Source: Malacoraja senta
Taxonomy: Eukaryota
Direction: 5' to 3'
DNA: 60,000 bases
NCBI GenBank assembly: GCA_038087875.1
Contig: CM075988.1
Location: forward strand, 15,192,001-15,252,000
The notes under the pieces are model-generated. The model saw nothing but the letters and a program-made list of their open reading frames with translations. It made no database searches and was not told where the DNA came from. How positions within the stretch are numbered: the stretch's first letter is position 1; each line of letters opens with the position of its first letter. Position numbers and translations under genes: made by a program. Of the stretch, positions 1-12,900 are shown one piece after another.

Positions 1-54
1 GGGAGATTGAGACTACACACTTATCTTTTGAGAGGACCCTTCAATAGTGATGGA

Positions 55-301
55 CTGGATTACATCTAATTCTCTACATCTTGCGGTCTCGGTCAGAGCC
101 GTCACCAAATTAAGCTGTGACGCATTCCAATAGGATACTTTCTACGGGGTCGTCTGTAGAAGTTGGCAAGAGTTGCTGGCAACATGCCAAACTCTCTTAG
201 TCGTCTGAGAAGGAAGAGGGGCTGCTTTGCTTTCTTGGCTGTAACTTCAATGTAGTTGGACCAGGACAAATTGTTGGTGACATTTAAACCTAGGAACTTG
301 A
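55..301 (-). mobile_element. Rex1/Babar-like LINE RT fragment (decayed)
   Basis: Translates to FKFLGLNVTNNLSWS...KKAKQPLFLLRRL...NFYRRPVESIL. Confidence 0.75.
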
Positions 302-822
302 TGGAAATGACAAGGAAGGCACCGAGTGATCATCATGTGCTCAGGCCCTAGTCTTTCCAATACCACTGCAGTCCATTCAGAGCCGGAGATCTTGGTGCAG
401 AATAATGTAGGAAAAGGAATCAATGTCCAAGGCAGGATGCTGTAATATTTGGCATCCTATAGATTGTAGCTGCTGAAGCTACACTAAATCTGTTGAGTGG
501 ATGCCAGGTTCAACAGCAAAATTATCTAAATACTTTGCTCTGGATGGTACCTCTGTGCTTGTCTAGGCGAGTGTGTTTCATTGCGGTTCTGATTTAAGCT
601 GTACCAGCTGCTACTGTGTCACCCTTGAAACCCAAGTTCTTAATATCTTGTCACAGGAAGGTCTTCTTTTTAATCCCAGTTACCTCAATAAATCTAATTT
701 TAATGAATGTTCATTAATTTCCAGCAGTAATGCTGCAGGATGTTTGCCTGTACTATCAGCCTTTGCACAGGGGAAAGTTCTATTCATCACTATTCATCTA
801 CAATTTATTCATGGACACTCAC

Positions 823-908
823 CCAGCTCAACAAGTCGTCGCCGATCTGATCAACCACAAAGTTATCATTTCTTTTCCAGACTTTCCTCATCTGCTCATT
901 TAATGAAA
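823..908 (-). CDS. ARHGEF12: Exon, DH domain (VSLNEQMRKVWKRNDNFVVDQIGDDLLSW)
   Basis: 86 nt; tttccag acceptor, gtgag donor; phase 1->0. Confidence 0.93.
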
Positions 909-3900
909 CTGGAAATAAAAAGAAAATCTGACTTTAGAATCATTTATTTCATTATCACTCCATATTAAATAGATCCAGGGCTGTAAATCGTGGAATCATA
1001 ATGCAGTCCAACAGAGGGGATTCCATTCAGCCCATTGTTCCAATGTAATCATGCTCTTTGCAAGAGCTACCAACTAGTCTCATTCTTCCTGGCTATTTTC
1101 TTTTCAAATATAATTTATTTTTCAGTTCTTCTTTTAAAAGGCATTATTAAATCAGTCTCCACCAGCATTTCAGGCAGTGCATTTCAGATCATAAATGCTC
1201 TGTATAAAATAAATTATCCTCTTCTCATATTTTGGGGAAATTGCCATAAATCTGTCTCCATTGATTATTGACTTTCCATCTCTTGAGCTTCTCCTTAGTT
1301 TAATAAACCTGTTTAGACCGTTTCAAGGAAAACGTCGCATTAATCTTCTCTGCGATAAGGAGATCAATTCTAGATTTTCCATTATTCACTGCAAAGTTCA
1401 CATCCTTATCTTTGACTATCATCAGCAATAATGCTTTCCATTGCACAACTGGCCCAGAGACGCGTTTCTTTGTCTCAGTTTACTACTGTGCACTCTCCTA
1501 ATATCTGGGCTCCTGCCTAACCAGTTGTAGCTGCAGGGCTTCACACAGCTTAGACTGGACTCTTACTGAAATCCAAAGATGTTTTCATTACCAATAACTA
1601 CAATAGTTGTTGAGAGAACCTGAACAATGGTGGCCTGGTCAACATTCACTTCAACCTTTAATTGTCCCATGATGTGAGAGACATGCTGGGGCAATTTAGA
1701 GGGCATTTAAAAGGTTGGGTCTGGAGATGCATTTGACCAAACTAGATAACAATGGCAGATTTCCTACCGTGCAAGACATTATTAAATCTGGAAGCTTCAG
1801 AACATCATTATTAAGTCTGGCTTTTTAATTTCATATTCGCGTGATTATAACTGTCTTGTTGGGAAAGCCCATCTTAATAGTCCAGAGCTTTGAATAGTCA
1901 TCCGGTAAGTTAAATATCAGAGCCATCTGTACAATCAATCCTCCCCACTTTCACAGCTATGTCAACATTTACCATGAAGCTGCAGGATTTCCTCGAGGTT
2001 GGAGAATATGTTTTTCACATCAGTTGTGGGTATGCTGCCATCTCTCATCATCTTCTGGTAAAAGATCACATCTAGAACCTTCAGCATTCGGATGTGAGCA
2101 CGCTCCGTATGGAAAAGTTCTGCACAAGGTAATCAGAGAACAAGACACACAAAGCTATAACTAATGAGAAACACTGAAGATTAGAGTCAGTACTCATGGT
2201 AAACTTTCACATATGGATTTGCCAAATCTGAACTAATAATGAACAAATCACTTGCCAAAAGTCAATACTCGTTATGCCTCCTGGTGTGAAGACCATAATC
2301 CTCTGCATCGTCTCCATGTGTGGCTGACCTTAATAGGCCCCTAGATTTGTTGACATCTCAACACCAGTCCCACCATCTCATCCCCCAGTTCACATCCTCA
2401 CTGAGATTGCTCAGAACTTTTCATTCTTCCCAGGATCCTCAAGATGTTCCCCATTTTCCCTGGGATCCTCCAGAGACTTCTTATTGTTCCATGAATTTCC
2501 TGTCATTTAGCAATCTCAAATGCCTTCAATATCCCACTGAATCCACTTCCATACACATCCCACCAATCCCTGGCATTGTCTCACTCTCTAAAAGCCCTAC
2601 CAATATTGTTTGTCCCCAAACCAGACGGTCCTCCCTATCCTTAATGATCCCAACCCTTCACTAACTCTTGCCTTACCGTTAATAACTTCCTGCCTCTTGA
2701 TCTCGTGCGGTTTCAAGCCAGACAGGACATCCCGACTAACCAGCTGCTGCCAATTGGCTGGGTCCTGCTCCACATCCGACAAGTGCATTTGATCCTCCTC
2801 TGTCTGGCTCAGGGAGTGAGTCTGAGAACCAGCCTCGGTCCATGCTCCATACCCATGCCCATCCCCTCTAGGAAACAAGATCACAAATATTACTGCAAGT
2901 TGATGACCAAAGAATAAAATAACACTACATAGGCCCCCGCACCAGTCCCACCACCTCATCCCCAGAATCCACATCTTCACTGAGATTGCCCAGAAGATCG
3001 CAGGGCCAGGAGAATAAACAAATGGGACTAATTAAGTAGGCTTTTCAAAAGAACCACCACAAGCATATTGGGCAGAATGGCTTCCAATTTATTTTATGAT
3101 GTACAGGAGATACCATTTGGCACAATATACTTGCAGTGCCAGCAGAGAGAGATCAAATACCCCACCCATTGTTTCTGCAACTTGATTTCCCAAGTTCTTT
3201 CTGTCGATTGGCTACCAATTTACGATACTGCATTTACAATACTGGTAGCAATATCACAGGAGAAACCCTAATTAAAACAATGCACATTGTGCAAATGAGG
3301 ATTATGTTCATTCTTTGAAACTAATCCCTAGAGTACTGGTGGGAATTAAGTTGTTGTTTCACCGTTTCATAGTTGTAGCCATCTATACCTCAATGTTATG
3401 CAGTGACATATCAGTACGTACCAGTGCTGTATTTTAGTGATATATTCATAGACTGATGTCCAATGGTATTGCTTCTCAGTGAAACCCCATTACCCAGTAG
3501 AATAGTAACTCGCTGTTATGGTACCAGATTTGCACTAGAATAGTTATTCACCAGTATTGCAGTGTATGCAGTGACAGATCAGCAACTACCATTACTACAT
3601 CTGACATCAATAATGACACGTTCGTTACCTAGTATTACAAAAGGGCCAGTACCCACCAGTTCTGTATCTTTGCTTTGTGTAGCTTATAGACTGTGACCAA
3701 GCCCTTGTCCTCAACAATATTCAAACCAGTTGAAAGGAGAATGCAAGAAAAGTAAATATCTGAAGAGGGGCTAGATTCACCATTTCTCTACTGCTGCAGA
3801 CATTATATTAGTAGATCCACGTTCACAAACACATCTTTACATAGCTCATTTTTAGCAAAACCCAGATTTATTGGGAACTCACCGGCGACCTGGTTTAGGA

Positions 3901-6900
3901 GTACACGGGGGTGTAGAAATCTCGAGACTTCTGAAAGACAACAGAAGATTAGACAGCAGGAACACAAATACCATAATGCAATTACTCGCAGCCTTCGACA
4001 CTTAATGCAAAGCGATCAGCATACAACTACACTCTCCGACTGAACTAATCTCCTCTAAACACAACGAGAAATGGTTCCCGGTGAGATAGACAAGCCATCA
4101 GATCCTTCGAGTCCTGATCCAGTTGATCAGATGTGCTTCGCTCTGCAGCTGCTTTGCTAAATTGATCACAGAATTACTCACTTCTCTGACTCTCGGTCCT
4201 CCTCCATCACCTGATCGAGGGTGGATAGAAGCTCGAAGGCTGACTTTGGTGTAGAAGTGCTGGAATCCCCAATTAATAAGTTGTCTGCTAACATCTTCAA
4301 TGTTGCAGGTGTTGCAGGAGCAGAATCTGAGAAGGATAGAGACATTTAGAGAGAAAGAATCATGTATACATTCTGAGAACATTCTGTTCCTATTCCCCAT
4401 CATTTCTCACACTCATTTTTTAATGTTGACATGCTCTGTTTCAATCACGGTGAAAGGGGAGAAACAGCGAAAGAGCAAGAGAGCAAAACGAGAAAGGAAG
4501 TGGGAGAGGTATGGACTGGGGCAGAGCAGGAGGTGAGCGAAGCCCAAATTGGTTAATAGGACAAGAAAGGGCAGTGGGAGGGCAACGTGACAAAAAATGG
4601 TAAAGAGAGTGGAGGGGAAATGAGAAAGGGTGAGAAAAGGAGGGAGAATGAGTAGTACAGAGCAGAGAGAGGGAAGGAGATCAATAAAAGCAGAGACAAC
4701 AGCTAATAGGAAGGAGACAGCAGGAACATAAGCAGTAGAAGGCATGGCTACAATAGTCATCACATACAAATTACTTTGTGCTGGGTGCTGGATACAATTC
4801 ATTGCACTGCATTTCCCGGCTACCTGTATCACTCTCTGAGATCCCATCATGGACAACGTTGGCCGACGCTGGACTTGATGAGCCGGTCACCGCTGACTGA
4901 TAGCTTGCATCACTTCCCTCGCTGAAGAATGGAATAGATTTTGATCTCTCGCTGTGGTCAGAGTGAGAAGCAGATCGGCTGTATGGTCCCATTTGCCTCT
5001 GATGCAGTAACTTGGCCTTTTCAACTAAACAAAGATGTCACAGATCAGTCTCCTGATGCTTTGATCCTACATTTAATAAAGAATAGCCAAATAGCGCACT
5101 GCACGTCCAAGTCCCACTTACTCGCGTTGCGGTCCTGTTTGCTTGTGCGCCGGATGGGGTCCAGGATGCTCTGGAAACGTTTCTTTTTCTCATCATCTTT
5201 CACAGTCTCCTTTTCTTTCTTTACACTTGGCTGTTGGTGGTGCAATGATTAAAGGCAGAATAAGACCACAGGCAGAATCGCGCCCCAACTGATAACATCA
5301 GGAGTGGACAACTAATCAGCACAAGCTGCCACCTCTAAAATAATCAATTATGTCTGCAGCATTCATAATTCTTATTGCTCTCAAAAGTCCGGAGAGAACA
5401 TCTTTACTCACCATCCCAAACTGAAACCAATTAAAAATACCAGCTTTTCTCCTCCATGAAACCCTGATAGCCTACATCACAAAACACCCACCCCAACATT
5501 AAATTTCTCATCAATTTAGAATTAAATGGATCTCATTTTTCCACTCTTATTACTAACTTCGGTATCACAGAACTGCAATCAATTTGATTCACTCCAGGGA
5601 ATATCGAGAAATAGCTGGATCCAGCACAAGCCATGGCCCCAACAATATCCTGGTTGTAGTGCCTATGTATACTCTAGAATTAATAGCACCTCTATCCAAA
5701 TCAGGCACGTGCCGTCAGGGTAGGCAAGGTAGGCACTGCTTACCGTGACTAAAATTATAAAATGATAATTATTAAATATATATAGTAAAGGCACGGGAGA
5801 ATTATGCCTACCTAAGAGATCGATCTTAGGTAGTGTGTGCAGCCCATGTGCCCTTGACGCTGCTTCAAGCCGTCAATTTCAAGCAGAGCTGAAGGCAGCT
5901 GAAATTCTGCCTTTGCAGCGTGGACTGTGTACTGCGCATGCACAGCGCAAGCGGCTGTAAAGTGGGAAGCGGTTGTAAAGTGGACAGCGCCGCAGGGGGG
6001 GGGGGGGGAAGAGAGTTCCTTTCACAGCGTGTGGGGAGTCTAGCCAGCGGTAAAGTTGCGGGAGGGCAGGAGCATTGAGAAGGAGGGGGTCGGGGATCAT
6101 GCTAGAGCAACCAGCTCAAGAGCGGGTCAGCGGCCGATGGATAACAGGACAGCGGGCGGTGGAGCTTACTCCATGTGTCAGTGCGAGTAACCTCAATTGG
6201 TCCCTTGTTCGCGCTGACACAGGAGTGTCCACTGCCCGCTGTCCTGTTATCCATCGCCTGATGACCCGCACCGCTCTATGATATTTGCTCTTGAGCTGGT
6301 CCCCTCACTGTTCAAACGGAGAGCACTGCCAGAGGTGAGCAGGCCGGCAGAACGCGCTGAGGTCCGGCGGCCGCTCGCAGCCACCCGAGCTGCTTCCCTC
6401 CCCGGCCACAATGCTGTGGCTCCGCGCCCGGAGCGCCGCGGCAAGTGAGTGAGTTGCTGGCATGATCCCCGACCCCCTCCTTCTCAACGCTCCTGTCCTC
6501 CCCGCAACTTTACCCCTGGCCAGACTCATCACACGCTGTGAAAGGAACTCTCCCCCCAATTGGTCCCTTGAACTAGTATTGTCATTCAATAAGATCACAA
6601 CTGATTCAACTTGTCCCGGTGTGCTCCCGTCTTTCCTACCATCTCTCCACCTGCCGTCACCCTCCACCCATTCAGTAATTCAGAATGAAGGAGATTTGGA
6701 AGCCTTGGGCAAATTGAATTGTTACTTTCTTTATTTTTACGGAGAGAACAATCTGCACATGTGCGGTTTAAGATTGTAAAAAAGCCGACTGAATGCCTAC
6801 CCTGAGTAATTACTCACGGCACGTGCCTGATCCAAATGGTATAGAATACATACCTTCTTCTTTGGGAAGAATGCAACTCGTAACCTGCGATCTCTGTCCA

Positions 6901-9900
6901 GGTTCCTCGAATCCTTCACTTTCACGCCAAGCTGCTTCATATAGATGAGAATCACATCCGCAGCCGAATTACTGCCACATAAAGAGAGAGTGGGAATGCA
7001 ACTCAAATTTCACTGTACCTTCGTTGGTTAAGTCACAGTCAAGTCACATTTTATTTATATAGCACATTTAAAAAACAACTCTCGTTGGCCAAAGTGCTTT
7101 ACATTTGTTATAATAGCACAAACAAAACAAACTACATACATATATACATGTAGCCCTCACTCAGAGGACGCCAGGAAAGGCTTGGGAGTATAGATAAGTC
7201 TTTAGAATTGACTTAAAAGAGTCGATGGAGGGGGCGGTTCTGATGGGAAAGGGGATGCTGTTCCACAGTCTAGGGGCTGCAACCGCAAAGGCGCGGTCGC
7301 CCCCGAGCTTATGCCTAGACCGTGGGATATTCAGCAACCCCAAGTCGGCCGATCTGAGGGGCCTGGAGGTGGAGTGGTGGGTGAGAAGACTTTTTATGTA
7401 GGTGGGGGCAAGCCCATTGAGGGCTTTGTAGACATGGAGGAGGATCTTGAAGTTTATACGGAACCGCACAGGGAGCCAGTGGAGAGAGGCCAGGATCGGG
7501 GTGATGTGGTCCCTTTTTCGGGTGCCCGTCAGGAGTCTCGCTCCGGCGTTTTGGACCAGTTGCAGGCGGGACAGGGAAGATTGGCTGATGCCAGTGTAAA
7601 GGGAGTTGCAGTAATCTAGGCGGGAGGAGATGAATGTGTGGATGATCTTTTCGAGGTCATCAAACTGGAGGAATTGTTTTATTTTAGCTATCGTCCGAAG
7701 CTGAAAGAAGCTAGCTTTTACCACGGCATTGACTTGTTTGTCAAATTTCAGTGCTGAGTCAAATATCACGCCAAGGTTTTTGACGTGAGCTTTGAGTAGT
7801 GGGGTAAGGCTTCCAAGGCTGCCTGCTATCATTTTGATTGAGTCCGAGTGGCCGAGAAGGATGACCTCAGACTTACTCTCGTTTAGTTGGAGGAAGTTCT
7901 GGGCCATCCAACAATTTATATCCTCGAGGCAGTGGGTAAGGTTAAACAGATTTGATTGGTTTTTGGGCTTCAGGGGGAGATAGAGTTGTGTATCGTCTGC
8001 GTAGCAATGGAAGGAAATGCCGTGCCTTTCAATGACTTGGCCTAAGGGGAGCATATACAGGGAGAAGAGAATGGGGCCAAGGATGGAACCTTGTGGAACC
8101 CCACAGCAGAGATTAGCTGGGGAGGAGAAAGAGTTGCCTATGTTAGTCGAGAAACTCCTACCTTTGAGGTAGGAGATGAACCAGTTAAGTGACAATAAAC
8201 ACGAACTTGAAGAGTCTACTGTTTGCCAGAAAGAAATATCACTGCTCAAAGAGGAAGGACAGAAATTTATGAGCACCTGGAAAAGGGCTGAGTTTATTAG
8301 CTAACATTGGGTGAAGATGACTTCTGTTTCACTAAGAAAAGCAGGTATTCAAACATGAACGAAAGGCTTACTGTAAATTAATGAGTTTAGCTGAAAAATA
8401 CCGTTTTCAGTGATTGCAATATGCAACGAGGAACAGGAATATTGAAAATACAGGTGTGCACATTAAACATGTCATTTTGCCTGTTATGCAGTAAAGGTGA
8501 AGTTAAGCAGCTAATCGTCAAACCTACCTTTTTTCTTCTTCAGACGGGGACAAAGTCGCTCTAAAAACCCAAAAACAAAAATAGTGAGTAATTTGACAAC
8601 ATGAACAAACAAGGAAAGTCCAGCAGGTTCAATCATTCAAATATAACTAAGAATGACAAGTCCCAGTTTGAACAAATTACCCCTAAACAGCTTGGGGCCT
8701 GTGTGGGAAGTGTAGGCTAAGTAGTGGTGAGCCAGAAGACTTAAAATAATTGAGAAGGAGTACAGGAACCCAAATGAAAACCACTCAGAAGAGAAACTAG
8801 GTGTATAAGTACAAGTTGAAGTCATGTTGCATCTCTACAAGACTTTGGTTAGGCTGCATTTGGAGTATTGCGTGCCATTCTGGTCGGCCCATTACAGGAA
8901 GAGGAGAGGGCGCAGAGGTTTACCAAAATTCTTCCTGGATTAGTGGGTTTAAGTTACAAGGAGAATATGGATAAACTTGGATCATTTTCTCTGGAATGGC
9001 AGAGGTTGAGGGGAGACGATAGAAGTATATAACATTATGAGAGGCATAGATAGGGTAGATAGTCAGAACCTTCCCCCCCCCCCCCCCCCAGGGTGGAAAT
9101 GAACAACACTAGAGAGCAGAGTTATAAGGGGAGAAGGAGAAAGTTTAAAGGAAATGTAAAGTTTTAGATTTGATTGTGGAGTTTAAGAGCCTTTTAGATA
9201 GGCACAAGGAAGTGCAAGGGATATGGATCATGTACAGGCAGATTAAATCAGTTTAACCTGGCATCATGTTCAGTGCAAACATTGTGGGCCAAACGACACT
9301 CTTTCCTGTGCAGAACTATTTTCTGTTCTAATGTAGGCAAAGATTAATAGGAGGGTTCGTTGACAGGGCTGAGGCAAGTTTGGACATGGCGGGGAATATT
9401 CACATGCATATATGTGCAAGTTACAAGGGATTATGATAAAGCGACAATAATAGACGTTGGTTAAAGGAGGGGCTTCATAGTCCTCAGCACAACATATTCA
9501 GGAGAAATTGTGAAAGAGATAACATGATGGTAGATGGGGGAATGGGTCTATTGCACGCAAGACTGTAATGAGCTGTAAGGAAATGTGACAAAAATTAGGA
9601 TTTTGGATCTGTATTGTAAAGGGAGGGCAAAAATCTCAGCATGACATGGGAATCATAATGCCAGTTGAGGGAGTGCAACTGAAAAGCAATTTAAAAAAAA
9701 GCAGAGGAGTAAATAACAGGTTGTAACACCGAAAAACCTCAAGGATCTGAGTGTTCCATATCAGGTTCAGAAAACTGTAGTGCAAAGGCTGCAAGTACAT
9801 TGATCACAATTTTCCAAAACATTCCAAAGACTTTGAATTCGACAATTGTAATTGTAATACTGTTCTTTAAGGCTGGTGGAAGAAAAATCTAGAACGCAAT

Positions 9901-12900
9901 TGTGGCAAAATTAACATGTCATTAATCCGGATAGAGACTGAATATTTGAATGAGTCGTATGGGTTTGTAAGTCATCTAATGTCTAAGTTGATTGAATCTT
10001 GTCCCAAGGCCAACTACGCATCCATATCTAGCTGCCTTCCCAGAGCCCTTGCTTGCAACCAGACAAACTGAGACTTATGGCCTGCAACATTAATCCCTTG
10101 AGGGCTGGATTTTAAACCGATACTTACAGGACCTCGTCGATCTTCTGTAACAGATGCTCTGCACACACCCGCTCCTTCTGTTCTGCTGCCACGCGATCTC
10201 GCATTCGCTCTGCATCTAACTTAGCCAATTCATTCTCTCCGATTGTCATTCCCATATTCCGTTTTTGTCTGTTGGAGTACAAATATAGATTACATTTAAT
10301 CCTCTCAGAAACACCTTTGAACCAGCCAACTCCATTATGAAATCTCAAAGCAAATGGCTAAACAGACGAGTGATTGTATTGTCATTGGTCAAATAAATAA
10401 CATTTACAATTAGTCAGACTCTTACCATGGTTCTGGTACATAACATGGAGTGTAAAGGTCTGGAATGCAAATCACAAATGAACAATACATAAAACTGAAA
10501 AGAGTGCAGCACAGGAGCAGGCCCTTCAGCCACATTGTCTGTGCCGAACATGATGCCAAGTTAAATTAATCTCTTCTGCCTACATATGATCCATGTCCCT
10601 CCATTCCTTGCATGTCCATGTGCCTGTTTAAAATCCTCTTAAATGCCACCATTATATGTACTTCCACCACCATCCCAGGCAGCACATTCTAGGCATCTAC
10701 CATGGATGGCACAGTGGCACAGCTGTTACCTCAGTGCCAGAGACCCGGGTCTAATCCTGACCTCAGGTACTGTCTGTGAGAAGTTTGCAATTTCCCCCCT
10801 GTAACTGTGTGGCTTTATTCCAGGTGTTCCGGTTTCCTCCCACATCCCAACGACGTGGAGGTTTGTAAGTTAATTGGCCGCTGTAAAATCGCCCCTAGTG
10901 TGCAGGGAGAGGATGAGAAAGTGGGATAACATAGAACTAGTTTGATCGGGAGATCGATGATCAGTGTGGACTTGATGGGCCTGTTTCTATACGGCATCAC
11001 TAAACTAAACACCACTCTGCCATTTCTCTGCTCATATCTGTAACTGAACTATTCCCACCGTATCCTTTGATAGCCTTCTTCACTGTCTGCAACTCCACCA
11101 ATTTTGTTGTCTTCAAACTTACGAACCAACCCACCTACAATGATGTCCATGTACATTACCAGAGGTTCCAGCACAGATCCCTGCAGAACACCACTGGTCA
11201 TAGGCCTCAGCCAGAATAACACCCTTCCTCCACCACCTTTCTAGGCAAGTCTGTAGTAAATCCAAACCACCAAGTGGATCCCATGCGTCTTAATCCTCTG
11301 GATCAGACTACCACGAGGGACTTGATCAAATGCCTTACTAAAAGCCACACAGCCAACATCCACTGACCTATTCTCAACAATCACCTCCTCCCAAAAACTG
11401 AATCACATTGGGGAATGCAGGAAGAGGGAATCAGACAAGGGACAAGGAAACAAAACTGTATCCAAACATACTCGACAAAACCGCAGGAACCATTAAAGTA
11501 TATGAAATGGATGGAATGGTAGGGACAGGTAGTAGAACTCTGTATCTCTGGCAAACATAAAAATGAGACAGGAAACATGGCTGCCTCTATATATTTACTG
11601 CAAACTGCAAGAAACCTTAAGGATGTATTCCCAATCTTCCAAGGAAAAGATTAGTTAAGACAAATGTGGGTCCCTTGAAGACAGAAACAGGTGAATTTAT
11701 TATGAAAAACAAGGAAATGGCAGACGAGTTGAACAGGTACTTTGGTTCTGTCTTCACTAAGGAGGACACAAACAATCTCCCAGATATACTAGGGGACAGA
11801 GGATCAAGGGTGATGGAGGAACTGAAGGAAATTCACATTAGTCAGGAAATGGTGTTGGGTAGACTGATGGGACTGAAGGCTGATAAACCCCCAGGGCCTG
11901 ATGGTCTGCATCCCAGGGTACTCAAGGAGGTGGCTTTCGAAATCGTGGACACATTGGTGATCATTTTCCATGTTCCATAGATTCTGGATCAGTTCCTGTG
12001 GATTGGAGAGTAGCTAATAGTATCCCACGTTTTAAAGAAAGGAGGGACAGAGAAAGCAGGGAATTATAGACCAGTTAGCCTGACATTGGTGGTGGGGAAG
12101 ATGCTGGAGTCAATTGTTAAAGAAGTAATAACGGCGCATTGGGATAGCAGTAAAAGGATTGGTCCAAGTCAGCATGGATTTATGAAGGGGAAATCCTGCT
12201 TGACTAATCTTCTGGCATTTGAGGATGTAACAAGTAAAATGGATGAAGGAGAGCCAGTGGATATAGTGTATCTGGACTTTCAGAAAGCCTTTGATAAGGT
12301 TCCACACAGGAGATTAGTGGGCAAAATTAGAGCACATGATATCGGGGGTAAGGTATTGACATGGATAGAAAATTGGTTGGCAGAGAGGAAACAAAGAGTA
12401 GGAATTAACAGCTCCCTTTCAGAATGGCAGGTAGTGACTAGTGGGGTGCTGCAAGGCTCGGTGCTGGGACTGCAGCTATTTACAATATATATTAATGGTT
12501 TAGATGCATGCTTACTTTCAGTGACTGATGAACAAGGAGCTCCAGATCTCGTTATACTTCCCCTTTTCCAAACTTGACACCATTCAGATAATAATCTGCC
12601 TTCCTGTTTTTGCCACCAAAGTGGATAACCTCACATTTATCCACATTAAACTGCATCTGCCATGTATTAGCCCACTCACCCAACCTGTCCAAGTCACCCT
12701 GCATCCTCATAGCATCTGCCTCACAGTTCACACTGCCACCCAGCTTTGTGTCATCTGCAAATTTGCTAATGTTACTTTTAATCCCATCATCTAAATCATT
12801 GATGTATATTGTAAATAGCTGCGGTCCCAGGACCGAGCATTGCGGTACCCTACTAGTCACTCGTGTATGATTAGATTGCAATCATCCATGTTATGATCGG

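Noticed and set aside
3400..3665. Degenerate cagt/accagt repeats
   Set aside because: Too decayed to define a unit; probably an old minisatellite.
4413..4856. Hydrophobic 147-aa ORF resembling a membrane protein (similar case at 58367..58777)
   Set aside because: Produced by CT-rich low-complexity intron sequence; no family motifs.
8184..8276. N-terminus of the 371-aa ORF 7161..8276
   Set aside because: Lies outside the L2 boundary/TSD; chance read-through of intron sequence, not a real gene start.
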